DNA of 64,000 nt from NCBI GenBank assembly GCA_023703615.1, contig CP097971.1, positions 86,315-150,314 on the forward strand, given 5' to 3'. The translations under genes were made by a program, and so were the position numbers. The DNA comes from SAR86 cluster bacterium (GTDB lineage Bacteria; Pseudomonadota; Gammaproteobacteria; Magnimaribacterales; D2472). Of this stretch, positions 54,761-64,000 are shown piece by piece (within the stretch, counting starts at the first letter, position 1; every line of letters begins with the position of its first letter). The notes beneath the pieces are model-generated. The model ran no database searches. It was not told the origin of the DNA and saw only the letters and a program-made list of their open reading frames with translations.

Positions 54761-55199
54761 AACTTTAATCTTCTTAAGTATTTTAATTATAAATATGCTA
54801 GTTATCGCAGATGATTATAAAAATATTGATTGTAATGGCTTAGCAAAAGTTTATTTTAAGAATATAAACGATGGGTTTATTTCAAATGATAATAATCTCT
54901 TAATAGAGTTCGGATCGGAAAATATTAATATATTACCAATTACAAAAATGCCAGATAAAAATGCAAAATGTGTTTCTGGGCATCATCACTTAATAGTGGA
55001 TTCAGAATTGCCTAATCTGAAAAGACCAATACCTTCTGGTAAAAATTATTTACATTTTGGCAAAGGACAAGAAGAGGCAAGTATTTTTCTCGAAGAGGGT
55101 ACTCATACTCTACAATTGCTGCTTGGAGATTATTCTCATACACCACACGATCAACCAGTTTACTCTGAGAAAATTTTGATTAAAGTTATTAACCCTTAA
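54744..55199 (+). CDS. secreted DUF4399-like protein
   Basis: 151 aa with signal/TM start. GHHHLIVD and HFGKGQEE...GTHTLQLLLGD blocks are recalled as typical of DUF4399. Function unknown. Confidence 0.6.
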   Translation: MVSMFKTLIFLSILIINMLVIADDYKNIDCNGLAKVYFKNINDGFISNDNNLLIEFGSENINILPITKMPDKNAKCVSGHHHLIVDSELPNLKRPIPSGKNYLHFGKGQEEASIFLEEGTHTLQLLLGDYSHTPHDQPVYSEKILIKVINP

Positions 55200-55803
55200 T
55201 AATATTTGTTAGAACAATATCTAAATGTGCATCAAGATTTTTTGCAATCATATTTGCACCAGCCATTGGACCTTCTGATTCCTTATAACTTTCACCTGCA
55301 ATTCGTACCTTTCTAAGAATACCAACAAGGCCATGAAGCATCGACCATAAAATTATGCATTTGTGACTAATTACTTCTTCTGAGTCATTAGCTAATTTTT
55401 TAAAAGACAATCTAAAATTATCATAAGTAGCATTTGCTGAAATTAAAAGATCTGGATAATTAGAAAAGCTTCCTACAGCAGTTCCAAACATCAAATCATA
55501 TGTATTAGCTGAATTTAAACCAAATTCTATATATTTTCTTCCAGTTTTTATAAGCTTCTTTTTTGTTATTTTTTTTGATGGATCCATATGACATGCCTTT
55601 CCTAACTCACTAAAACCCTGGACTGCAACTGCTGCATATAGATCGCTCTTAGTACTAAAATGCCTGTATGGAGCAGATTGCGAAACCCCACTTTCTTTAG
55701 CTAAACTTCTTATGCTTAGGTTTGTATATCCATCCTTTTCACACAGTTTGCATGCACATATAATAAGTTCTTTTTTTAAATTTCCATGATGATAAGATTT
55801 CAT
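55189..55803 (-). CDS. TetR-family transcriptional repressor (start revised to the ATG at 55803)
   Basis: HTH region LSIRSLAKESGVSQSAPYRHF. The tracked TTG start at 55860 adds 19 aa that cover a consensus promoter and two operator-like repeats. MKSYHHGNLKKELI gives the normal spacing before the HTH. Confidence 0.85.
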   Translation of the reverse strand: MKSYHHGNLKKELIICACKLCEKDGYTNLSIRSLAKESGVSQSAPYRHFSTKSDLYAAVAVQGFSELGKACHMDPSKKITKKKLIKTGRKYIEFGLNSANTYDLMFGTAVGSFSNYPDLLISANATYDNFRLSFKKLANDSEEVISHKCIILWSMLHGLVGILRKVRIAGESYKESEGPMAGANMIAKNLDAHLDIVLTNIIKG

Positions 55804-55816
55804 ACAATTCTTCTTA

Positions 55817-55864
55817 ATGTTGACACTGCATACATTTTGCGTATTATGTTTACACTGCAAACAT
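55817..55864. promoter_or_regulatory. two 19-bp operator-like repeats (probable TetR binding sites)
   Basis: ATGTTGACACTGCATACAT (55817-55835) and ATGTTTACACTGCAAACAT (55846-55864). They are 17/19 identical, 29 bp apart, and each has inverted ATGT...ACAT ends. Confidence 0.5.
55820..55847 (+). promoter_or_regulatory. near-consensus sigma70 promoter for the RND efflux operon
   Basis: -35 TTGACA (55820-55825), 16-nt spacer, -10 TATTAT (55842-55847). Repeat 1 covers the -35 and repeat 2 covers the -10 and start region. Confidence 0.5.
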
Positions 55865-55906
55865 TAATTTTTTTATTATTAAAAGTCAAATTATCATAAA
55901 GAAGCT

Positions 55907-56872
55907 ATGAGCAAATTTTTTAAAATATTTTGTATTTTTTTATTAAGCTTCAATGTTCTATCACTTGAAGTTCTTGAAGTTAAAATTTTGGATTCTTATT
56001 TAATTACTAAAGAATTTCCAGGAAAGCTTGTGCCACTTGAGCAGTCAAAATTAGCTTTTCAGGTGACGGGCAAAATACAAAAGATAAATGTAGATATAGG
56101 CGATGAGGTTGCAAAGGGTGATGTGCTTGCTGAGCTGGATAAAAGAGAGGCCATTTCTCAACTCAACCAAGCCAAAGCAAAATTTGATCTTTCGTTGCAA
56201 TTGCTTAGCAGGTACGAGGATCTAAAAAAAGATGGCCATATTTCAGTTCAGGAACTAGATAGAGTTAATTCGGAATATTTGATAGCAAAATCCCAATATG
56301 AGTTATATAAAGTCAAAGTTGAGCAAACAGATCTAATAGCACCTTTTAATGGAGTAATACAAAGTAGATTTCTTGATACAGGCACGGTAATTAACGCTGG
56401 CGCACCAATACTAGAAATTCTAGATTCAAACTATGTTGAGGCTCACATATCTGTGCCAATAGAATTTTTAGAGAATATGAAAATAGGCACTAGTTATGGT
56501 TTTGAATTTGATAACAAAACAGCAAATGGCACATTTGCAAGATTAGCACCCATGTCACCAGGAGGGTCGGACAGTAGATTAGCAATATTTAAATTTGAAA
56601 GTTTTTTTAATCCAGGATCTACAGCAAAATTAAAATTAAGTGTAAATAAAAAATCTAAAGGGACTTGGGTTCCTTTAAGATCTTTATCCCAATCTGAACA
56701 AGGAATCTGGGCAGTTTATACAATAAATGAAAATGAGATAGTGGTTCGTGATTTTGTAGATATTATATATTTTGAGGATGAATATGCTTTTGTTAATGGC
56801 ACACTGCAAGATGGAGATCTTATAGTCCTTGGTGGAGCTTCAAAAATTATTGAAGGTAAAAAAGTTAATTAG
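55907..56872 (+). CDS. RND efflux periplasmic adaptor (membrane fusion protein)
   Basis: 321 aa. Signal/anchor, biotinyl-lipoyl-like hairpin (GDEVAKGDVLAELD), coiled coil and beta-barrel domains. Confidence 0.85.
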   Translation: MSKFFKIFCIFLLSFNVLSLEVLEVKILDSYLITKEFPGKLVPLEQSKLAFQVTGKIQKINVDIGDEVAKGDVLAELDKREAISQLNQAKAKFDLSLQLLSRYEDLKKDGHISVQELDRVNSEYLIAKSQYELYKVKVEQTDLIAPFNGVIQSRFLDTGTVINAGAPILEILDSNYVEAHISVPIEFLENMKIGTSYGFEFDNKTANGTFARLAPMSPGGSDSRLAIFKFESFFNPGSTAKLKLSVNKKSKGTWVPLRSLSQSEQGIWAVYTINENEIVVRDFVDIIYFEDEYAFVNGTLQDGDLIVLGGASKIIEGKKVN

Positions 56873-56877
56873 AAGCC

Positions 56878-59800
56878 ATGAATTTTATTAATGTTTTTTT
56901 AGATCGCCCTAGAATACTTTTTTTAACTTTAGCTTTCATACTTCTTGCTGGTATATCGTCTTCAGGATCCGTTCCAATTCAAGACAACCCCGAACTTGCA
57001 AAAAGATGGGGCCATATCGATATTTTTTATCCTGGTGCAACTCAACAAAAACTTGAAACAGAAGTAGTAAATGATCTTGAAATAAAAATCAGAGAAGTCG
57101 TTGAAATCTATGAATTATTTTCAATTATATCTGAAGGATTTGCAAAAACTCGAATCGAATTAGAACAATCTGTTCCACCAAATTTGATCAATGAAACATG
57201 GTCAAAAATTCAAAATAAGCTTAATCAAATATATTTACCTGATGGTGCAAGAGCAGTACTTGATGTAAGTAGTGGACCACCAATAACTCTTCATTATGCT
57301 TTCTTCTGGAATGGTACAGGTGAAGTTCCTGTAATAATGATGTCTAGACTGGCACAACAATTAGAGAGAAGATTGGGTTCTATTGGACTTACTGAAGTTA
57401 CTGCAATATATGGAGAAGCAGAGGAAGAAATTTTTGTAGAAGTTGACTCAGTAAAGATGTCCTCTCTTGAATTAAGTTATTTAGATATTGTTGGTGCATT
57501 GGATGCTTTTGATAATAAAAAACCAATAGGAGTAGTCTCTAATAATGATGCTGAGTTTGGAATAAGGCTGAAAGACAATATTCAAAGCATACAATCTATA
57601 TCAGAAATTCCTATAAAGGTTTTAAATAATTCAGAAATCATAAGGTTACAAGATATTGCCCAAGTATCTATGAAACCCGCATATCCATTAGAAGATTTAT
57701 ATTTATACAATGGTAAGCCTGTTATATCTGTTTCCACAACTGGAACAATGTCACAAAGGATTTTTGATTATGTAGTTAGAGCAGAGAAAGTTGTGAATGA
57801 AATGAGAGCTTCGTTACCAGAAGAATTTTCAATACAACTCATATATGACGAATCATTGTATGTTGCTGATAAATTTAACGAATTGATAAGAAGCTTTTCT
57901 TTAGCTGCTTTTTTTGTTTTGAGTTTGAGCTTTTTTATTCTTGGCATAAGGCCTGGACTTATTGTTACAGCAATTTTACCCTTTTCAGTATCCTTAGTTT
58001 TATTAGGTTGTAATTTAATAGGATTACCTCTTCATATAACCTCGATTACAGGAATAATAATCGCACTTGGTCTTTTGATTGATAATGGAATTATTGTTGT
58101 AGAGGATTATAAATTTAGGCGTTCTCAAAATTTGTCCATCAAAGAATCGATTAATCAAACTTTAACTCAACTTACAACGCCTTTGGCAGCAGCCACTGGA
58201 ACCACTGTATTTGCATTTTTGCCAATTGTTACCGGTGAAGGGTCAAGTATTGAATATGTTGGCGGCCTTGCAATAACTGTAATTATGTCAATCGTATCGT
58301 CACTTGTGCTAGCACTAATAATGGTACCTGTTTTGATGAGTTATATGGAAAAAATACCAATATTTGCAAACATCAAGGTTCATGAAGAGGGCTATAGAAA
58401 TGAAAACCTCCTAAAAAAATATAGAGCATTTCTAACGTGGTGCTTTGAAATTCCCAGAAGAGCAATATTGATTGCTGTGTCTTTGCCTGTAATTGGCTTT
58501 ATGTTTTTTACCACAATACCTAATGATTTCTTTCCAGCCAATGACAGAGATATGTTTAGAGTGAATATCGAGCTACCACAAAATTCATCTACTTTAAAAA
58601 GTCAAAAAAAGGCAGAAATAGTCAGGCAGCAGATAATCGAAAGTGGTTTGATAGATATCAGGCAAGATAATTGGTTTGTTGGAAGAAGGATGCCGAGAGT
58701 GCTTAACAATGTTGTTGGTGGAAAAGAAAAACAAGGAGCAAATAATCTTGCTCAAGGTGTTTTTTATGTGAACGATTATGATCAGATGATGAGAAATCTT
58801 CCGCAATTATCAAAATATCTGGTTGCAGAAAATCCTGATATTATGATTTATGTTGATAGTTTCAATACAGGCCCGCCAATTTTTGCTGATATAAGCTATA
58901 AAATTTTTGGTGATGATCCTTTTTTACTAAGATCTCTGGGTGAAGAGCTTGAGCTGATAATAAATAATGCCCCAGACATTAGCCATACTAATTCTGAAGC
59001 TTCATTTTCAAGAACAAATATTGAAATAGATTTTGATAGCTCAAATGTTTCGCTTTCTGGAAAAAATACGGATATTCTTGCACAACAACTCTATGCTGCA
59101 AATAATGGAATTGTTGTTGGATCGATGCTCGATGCAAATAAGGAGATACCTATAAGAGTAAAAGGTATTTCAAGCTCTAGCGACATTACAGGAGAAACTA
59201 GCTTTTTATCTATTCCAACAAATAATGGTGTTCAGTTAATTAGTAGTTTTGGCAAAACTTATCTAAATAAAGAATTTGGTGATATAAAAAGGATTAATGG
59301 GCAGAGGGTAAACAATGTGGAAGGTTGGGTGTGGACTGGAACTCTTCCATCCGCTACAGAAAAATTTATTAAAGAAGAAGTTGAAAATTTCAAGAAAAAA
59401 TTACCACCAGGATATACGTTAAAACAAGGTGGTGAGGCGGAGACAAGAGGTGAATCACAATCACAGATATATTCGTCTGCAGCAATATACTTAGTCCTAA
59501 TTACAATTGGATTAGTTTTTGCTTTAAATTCCTTTAGACAGACAGGCTTAATATTATCTGTAGCAATACTTTCAATTGGCTTATCCTTTGTTGGACTTTT
59601 AGTAGGGAGACAAAATTATGGTTTTATTGCAACAGTTGGAGCTATTGGATTAATAGGACTTTCAATTAATGACTCAATAATTGTTTTATCGCATATTAAA
59701 GAACGAGCAAAACAAAAAGTAATGACAAAAGCAGATTTAATAGAGGTCGTTATAAGATCAACAAGACACATCGTTACAACTTCACTCACTACATTAGGTG

Positions 59801-59940
59801 GTTTTTTACCATTAATTTTCTCAAGTATATTTTTTGCGCCTCTCGCTTGGGGAATGAGCGTCGGTGTTCTTGGAGCAACTTTGACTGCATTGCTGTATAT
59901 ACCAGCAATGTTTATTTATCTTGCTAAAATTAAGAATTAG
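56878..59940 (+). CDS. RND family efflux permease (AcrB/HAE-type)
   Basis: 1020 aa, 12 TM with two large periplasmic loops. GLLIDNGIIVVE and GLSINDSIIVL repeat motifs. Confidence 0.9.
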   Translation: MNFINVFLDRPRILFLTLAFILLAGISSSGSVPIQDNPELAKRWGHIDIFYPGATQQKLETEVVNDLEIKIREVVEIYELFSIISEGFAKTRIELEQSVPPNLINETWSKIQNKLNQIYLPDGARAVLDVSSGPPITLHYAFFWNGTGEVPVIMMSRLAQQLERRLGSIGLTEVTAIYGEAEEEIFVEVDSVKMSSLELSYLDIVGALDAFDNKKPIGVVSNNDAEFGIRLKDNIQSIQSISEIPIKVLNNSEIIRLQDIAQVSMKPAYPLEDLYLYNGKPVISVSTTGTMSQRIFDYVVRAEKVVNEMRASLPEEFSIQLIYDESLYVADKFNELIRSFSLAAFFVLSLSFFILGIRPGLIVTAILPFSVSLVLLGCNLIGLPLHITSITGIIIALGLLIDNGIIVVEDYKFRRSQNLSIKESINQTLTQLTTPLAAATGTTVFAFLPIVTGEGSSIEYVGGLAITVIMSIVSSLVLALIMVPVLMSYMEKIPIFANIKVHEEGYRNENLLKKYRAFLTWCFEIPRRAILIAVSLPVIGFMFFTTIPNDFFPANDRDMFRVNIELPQNSSTLKSQKKAEIVRQQIIESGLIDIRQDNWFVGRRMPRVLNNVVGGKEKQGANNLAQGVFYVNDYDQMMRNLPQLSKYLVAENPDIMIYVDSFNTGPPIFADISYKIFGDDPFLLRSLGEELELIINNAPDISHTNSEASFSRTNIEIDFDSSNVSLSGKNTDILAQQLYAANNGIVVGSMLDANKEIPIRVKGISSSSDITGETSFLSIPTNNGVQLISSFGKTYLNKEFGDIKRINGQRVNNVEGWVWTGTLPSATEKFIKEEVENFKKKLPPGYTLKQGGEAETRGESQSQIYSSAAIYLVLITIGLVFALNSFRQTGLILSVAILSIGLSFVGLLVGRQNYGFIATVGAIGLIGLSINDSIIVLSHIKERAKQKVMTKADLIEVVIRSTRHIVTTSLTTLGGFLPLIFSSIFFAPLAWGMSVGVLGATLTALLYIPAMFIYLAKIKN

Positions 59941-60145
59941 AACATTGTTTGGAACAAAATTTCATATCGCGCTTCCTAAAAAGAAGATCTTCATGAACAA
60001 ATGTTCCACAATTATCGCAACTAAACATTTCATTAAATTTTGAAGTTTTTTTCCTATAGAAATTTTTTTTTAGTTGTGTAAAAAATATTCTAAGAAATAA
60101 AAATAAGAAAAATGGAATTATGATTGGGATTATTTTAAAAAACAT
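59930..60145 (-). CDS. small TM protein with C-terminal Cys4 zinc-ribbon (PP0621-like)
   Basis: 71 aa. N-terminal TM helix, then CDNCGTF...FCSKQC. The 3' end overlaps the RND gene by 11 nt. Confidence 0.5.
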   Translation of the reverse strand: MFFKIIPIIIPFFLFLFLRIFFTQLKKNFYRKKTSKFNEMFSCDNCGTFVHEDLLFRKRDMKFCSKQCSNS

Positions 60146-60160
60146 AAAATACTAAAAGTC

Positions 60161-60979
60161 TCAGGGCCTTAAATTTTTTAACAAATTCCACGACCAATTA
60201 TTATTTTGCTCCTCTTCAGTATTTTGAGAAGTTTCATCGGCGTAGTTTAAATTAATTATTAATTGAATGTCTTCAAGTAAATCTGGATATCCTAAATTAG
60301 AATAAGCTACTTCTAATATTTGCAAAGCTCTTAAGTTTTCACTTGAATTTGGAATATTTTCGATTACATAGTTGGCCCTTCGCAAAGCTGCCACATAAGC
60401 CTCTCTTTCAATATAATAGTCTGCTGCTGCTAATTCATTCCTTGCGATCATATTTCTTAGATATATATTTCTTTGTTTTGCATATGGCGCATACTGACTT
60501 TCAGGAAATCTGGTAAGAAATTCTGATAACTCTGAAAATGATTGTTTTGCCCCAGCTATATCTCTGTTTGAAAGATCTGTTTTTGTGACTCTTACTAAAA
60601 AACCTTTATCTCTTGTATAGCTAGCCAGTCCTTTCATGAAATAAGCATAATCAATATTTGGATGTCTTGGATGTAAACGTATGAATTTTTCAGCTGCAGC
60701 ATGAGATGCTTCAGGTTCAGAATTCATTAAATGTGCGTAAACAAGTTCTACTTGAGCTTGCTCTGCGTATCTGCCAAAAGGATATCTTGTTTCAATAGCC
60801 TGTAATGCTTCTATTGCACCAAAAAAATTATTAGTTGCCATTCTTTGTTGGGCTTGGTCATAGTATATTTTTTCAGGTTGTTCAATTTCTTCACCATTCG
60901 AATTACATCCCACTAAAAATAATGAAGCTATCAGACCAATCAAAATATTATTATATTTATAATTATTCATTAGTTGCAC
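60161..60979 (-). CDS. bamD: outer membrane protein assembly factor BamD
   Basis: 272 aa. Lipobox LVGC and TPR repeats. Divergent from rluD, as in E. coli and Pseudomonas. Confidence 0.9.
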   Translation of the reverse strand: MQLMNNYKYNNILIGLIASLFLVGCNSNGEEIEQPEKIYYDQAQQRMATNNFFGAIEALQAIETRYPFGRYAEQAQVELVYAHLMNSEPEASHAAAEKFIRLHPRHPNIDYAYFMKGLASYTRDKGFLVRVTKTDLSNRDIAGAKQSFSELSEFLTRFPESQYAPYAKQRNIYLRNMIARNELAAADYYIEREAYVAALRRANYVIENIPNSSENLRALQILEVAYSNLGYPDLLEDIQLIINLNYADETSQNTEEEQNNNWSWNLLKNLRP

Positions 60980-61049
60980 ATTTTACCTGCTTTATAGTAT
61001 TTTAGTTTTAAATCAACTAATTAGATTATTTTTTTTTCACAAAGTTCAA

Positions 61050-61985
61050 ATGCAAATTACTAAATACATCAACTCAGATCTCAATGATTTAAGATTAGAT
61101 ATAGCAGCTACAAAGATTTTTAAAGAATATTCAAGAACACAAATTAAAAATTGGATATTAAATGGATGTCTGTTAGTTAATGGTGATGTTTCAAAACCTA
61201 AAGACTTGGTTCAAGAAAATGACGAGTTAGAATTAAATCCAATTGTTAAAGATAAAATTTCTTGGGAGCCCCAAAATATTAATTTTAAAATAGTTTTTGA
61301 ATGCGAAGATTATTTAATAATAAATAAACCAATAAATTTAGTTATGCATCCTGGAGCAGGTTGTCATGATAAAACACTAGCAAATGGGCTTTTGTATAAG
61401 TATCCTGAACTTTCAAAACTTCCTAGATGCGGAATCGTTCATAGATTGGATAAGGATACTTCAGGCATTCTTGTTGTAGCAAAAACAGATAAATTTCGAA
61501 ATCATTTCATTAATGAGATGCAAGCGAGGAATATTGAAAAAAAATATTTTGCAGTTGTATCAGGTACAAATTTAGGCAGTCTAAAAATTAATGATTCTAT
61601 TGGCAGAGATAAAAAAAATAGAACTAAAATGTGTGTTAGAGAGGATGGTAAAGAAGCCTTAACAATAGTTAATGTTAAAGAAACTATTGGCAATTATTCA
61701 ATTCTTCATTTAACGATAATGACAGGACGTACTCATCAAATAAGAGTACATTTAAGCTCAAAAAAGCTACCTATAATTGGAGACAAAACATACAATCCAA
61801 GCGGCCAGATTTCCAAAGGCTCGTCTCTGGAATTAATCAAAGTAATCAGAGCTTTTCCAAGGCAAGCGCTTCATGCAGAATATATCTCTTTCAAATGTCA
61901 TAAATCTGGAGAAGACTTATCTTATAAAGTTTCTATACCTGACGACATGAAATCTTTAATTCAAAATATGAAAAATTGCCTATAA
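61050..61985 (+). CDS. rluD: 23S rRNA pseudouridine(1911/1915/1917) synthase
   Basis: 311 aa. S4 domain, HRLDKDTSG catalytic motif and GRTHQIRVH. Confidence 0.92.
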   Translation: MQITKYINSDLNDLRLDIAATKIFKEYSRTQIKNWILNGCLLVNGDVSKPKDLVQENDELELNPIVKDKISWEPQNINFKIVFECEDYLIINKPINLVMHPGAGCHDKTLANGLLYKYPELSKLPRCGIVHRLDKDTSGILVVAKTDKFRNHFINEMQARNIEKKYFAVVSGTNLGSLKINDSIGRDKKNRTKMCVREDGKEALTIVNVKETIGNYSILHLTIMTGRTHQIRVHLSSKKLPIIGDKTYNPSGQISKGSSLELIKVIRAFPRQALHAEYISFKCHKSGEDLSYKVSIPDDMKSLIQNMKNCL

Positions 61986-62060
61986 AATATAAGAAAAACT
62001 TGTTTTTTAGCAAATAAAATAATATAAACCATAGTCTTTAAACCTTTTAGGAACGGTATT

Positions 62061-63797
62061 TTGAAATTATCTGGCGCTGACATGTTAATGCGATCTCTCA
62101 ACGAAGAGGGAGTTGAGCTTATTTTTGGCTATCCCGGTGGAGCAGCATTGCATATATATGACGCTATCTTTAGACAAACTGACATTGATCACATACTTGT
62201 GAGACATGAACAAGGTGCAACGCATGCTGCGGATGGATATGCTCGTGCCACAGGTAAACCTGGCGTAGTTTTGGTGACTTCTGGCCCAGGAGCAACGAAT
62301 GCTATAACAGGAATCGCAACAGCTTTTATGGATTCTATTCCAATGGTAGTAATCTCAGGACAAGTTCCATCTCATTTGATTGGAACTGATGCTTTTCAAG
62401 AAACTGATATGATTGGAATATCACGCCCAATAGTAAAACATAGCTTTACAGTTCAAAGCGCATCTGAAATTCCAACAATTGTAAAAGAAGCTTTTTACAT
62501 TGCAACATCTGGAAGACCTGGACCAGTTGTTATTGATATTCCTAAAGATACGACAGCTCCTGATGCATTATTCGAATATGTAATGCCTCAATCAGTAAAT
62601 ATCAGATCATATAATCCACCTGTAGAACCCCACGCAGATCAGATTAAAAGAGCTGCAGATGCAATATTTGAAGCAAAAAAACCAGTAATTTATGCAGGTG
62701 GCGGAGCAATTAATAGCAATGCAGCGTCTGAATTATTTGAATTAAATGAAATATTGAGCATACCAGTTACAAATACTCTAATGGGTTTAGGAGTATATCC
62801 CGCAACCGATAAAAGATTTTTAGGAATGCTTGGCATGCATGGAACTTACCAAGCAAATATGGCAATGCACAATTCAGATTTAATTATTGCAATTGGCGCT
62901 AGGTTTGATGACAGGATAACCAACACACCTAAGCTCTTTGCTCCAAATGCAAAAATTATTCACTTCGATGTCGATCATTCCTCTGTTTCTAAAATTATTG
63001 AGGCAAATATTGCTGTTTTTGGGCAAATCAAAAATTCCTTAAGAGCATTAATAAATGAAATTAAATCCGCAAATAAAGAATATGATATAAATCAAATTGA
63101 ATCATGGAGGAATGAAATAAAATTATGGAAAGAACAGCATGGCTTAAATCATGATTTATATCTATCTGAAAATGATGATGCTGAAATTCTACCTCAACAG
63201 GTTGTTCAACATGCATACCATTTGACGAATGGAAAGGCTTATGTAACATCTGATGTTGGACAACATCAAATGTTTGCAGCTCAATATTATCATTTTGATG
63301 AGCCTCGAAAATGGATTAATTCTGGCGGGTTAGGGACAATGGGTTTCGGTCTACCTGCTGCAATGGGTGTTAAATTAGCTTTTCCTAAGGATGAGGTAAT
63401 ATGTATCACTGGTGAAGGAAGTATCCAAATGTGTATTCAAGAACTTTCTACTTGTCTTCAGTATGGATTACCAATCAAGATAATAAACATTAACAATGAA
63501 GCTCTAGGCATGGTTAAACAATGGCAAGATATGAATTATGGCGGCAGACACTCTGAGAGCACTTATCAAAGCTCGTTACCTGATTTTATAAAACTTACAG
63601 AATCGTATGGTCATGTTGGAATTAAAATTGAGAAAAATTCTGAACTAAAAAATGGTTTAGCAAAAGCATTTTCAATGAAGAATAAATTAGTTTTTATTGA
63701 TGTATATGTTGATCCAAATGAGCACGTATATCCAATGTTAGTGGCTCCTAATGGAAGTTTAAAAGACATGTGGTTAGATAAGGATAAGAAAGTTTAA
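62061..63797 (+). CDS. ilvI: acetolactate synthase large subunit
   Basis: 578 aa, TTG start. The N-terminus aligns with IlvI (LSGAxMxxRSLxxxGVxxxFGYPGGA). ThDP motif [13 protein letters not shown]...NN. Confidence 0.95.
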   Translation: MKLSGADMLMRSLNEEGVELIFGYPGGAALHIYDAIFRQTDIDHILVRHEQGATHAADGYARATGKPGVVLVTSGPGATNAITGIATAFMDSIPMVVISGQVPSHLIGTDAFQETDMIGISRPIVKHSFTVQSASEIPTIVKEAFYIATSGRPGPVVIDIPKDTTAPDALFEYVMPQSVNIRSYNPPVEPHADQIKRAADAIFEAKKPVIYAGGGAINSNAASELFELNEILSIPVTNTLMGLGVYPATDKRFLGMLGMHGTYQANMAMHNSDLIIAIGARFDDRITNTPKLFAPNAKIIHFDVDHSSVSKIIEANIAVFGQIKNSLRALINEIKSANKEYDINQIESWRNEIKLWKEQHGLNHDLYLSENDDAEILPQQVVQHAYHLTNGKAYVTSDVGQHQMFAAQYYHFDEPRKWINSGGLGTMGFGLPAAMGVKLAFPKDEVICITGEGSIQMCIQELSTCLQYGLPIKIININNEALGMVKQWQDMNYGGRHSESTYQSSLPDFIKLTESYGHVGIKIEKNSELKNGLAKAFSMKNKLVFIDVYVDPNEHVYPMLVAPNGSLKDMWLDKDKKV

Positions 63798-64000
63798 TGC
63801 AAAGAAAAATTTCAGTTATTTTAGAAAATAAACCTGGTGCTTTGGTAAGAGTTGTTGGTTTATTTCATCAAAGAGGATATAACATTGAAAGTCTTCATGT
63901 TGATCCTGTTGAAGATACCTCTGAATACAAATATGTTGAAGAAATGTTGAACATTAAATTAGAGGAAAATGAGGTTTCCCATTTGTCTATAGCTACAACT
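63797..64000 (+). CDS. ilvH: acetolactate synthase small (regulatory) subunit, 5' part only (runs off the window)
   Basis: ATG overlaps the ilvI stop (TAATG). Translation is [33 protein letters not shown]..., an ACT domain start. The frame stays open to position 64000. Confidence 0.85.
   Translation, partial: MQRKISVILENKPGALVRVVGLFHQRGYNIESLHVDPVEDTSEYKYVEEMLNIKLEENEVSHLSIATT

Noticed and set aside
55804-55860. 19-codon N-terminal extension of the TetR ORF from a TTG start (MQCKHNTQNVCSVNIKKNC).
   Set aside because: The extension overlaps a perfect -35 box, a -10 box and two operator-like repeats. TetR proteins normally begin about 10-15 residues before the HTH, which matches the ATG at 55803.

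Overview
This is an AT-rich, very tightly packed chromosomal segment. I call about 66 protein genes, one tRNA and one riboswitch. I saw no rRNA, CRISPR array, transposase, integrase or phage genes. Local gene order is Pseudomonas-like gammaproteobacterial: erpA-anmK-M23 peptidase/tyrS; rsfS-rlmH-mrdA-rodA-mltB-dacA facing holA-lptE-leuS; trxA-rho; bamD/rluD; ilvIH. That synteny, the low GC, the overlapping genes and a blue-tuned proteorhodopsin suggest a streamlined marine gammaproteobacterium, possibly SAR86-like. This attribution is inference only. Most of the window is core housekeeping: heme synthesis (hemL, hemG, hemB, hemC, hemD), cell wall, topoisomerase IV, aminoacyl-tRNA synthetases and branched-chain amino acid synthesis. 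The parts worth a second look are: (1) a TPP riboswitch whose aptamer contains the Shine-Dalgarno and start codon of a TonB-dependent receptor, followed by PnuT and a thiamine-kinase-like gene, which together look like a thiamine salvage module; (2) a neighbourhood of NAD-formate dehydrogenase, nitronate monooxygenase, an SDR, blue proteorhodopsin (Gln105) and divergent katG/oxyR; (3) a dsbD-aroQ-accB locus where dsbD is reduced to its N-terminal periplasmic domain and accB to an unlisted 56-aa N-terminal ORF lacking the biotinyl domain; (4) a TetR/RND efflux locus with two 19-bp operator-like repeats over a near-consensus promoter, which implies the tracked tetR start is too long; (5) many convergent gene pairs with overlapping 3' ends. 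I found no clear novel multi-gene system such as a defence island. The accB/dsbD domain-only ORFs and the compact riboswitch are my best candidates for something undescribed.
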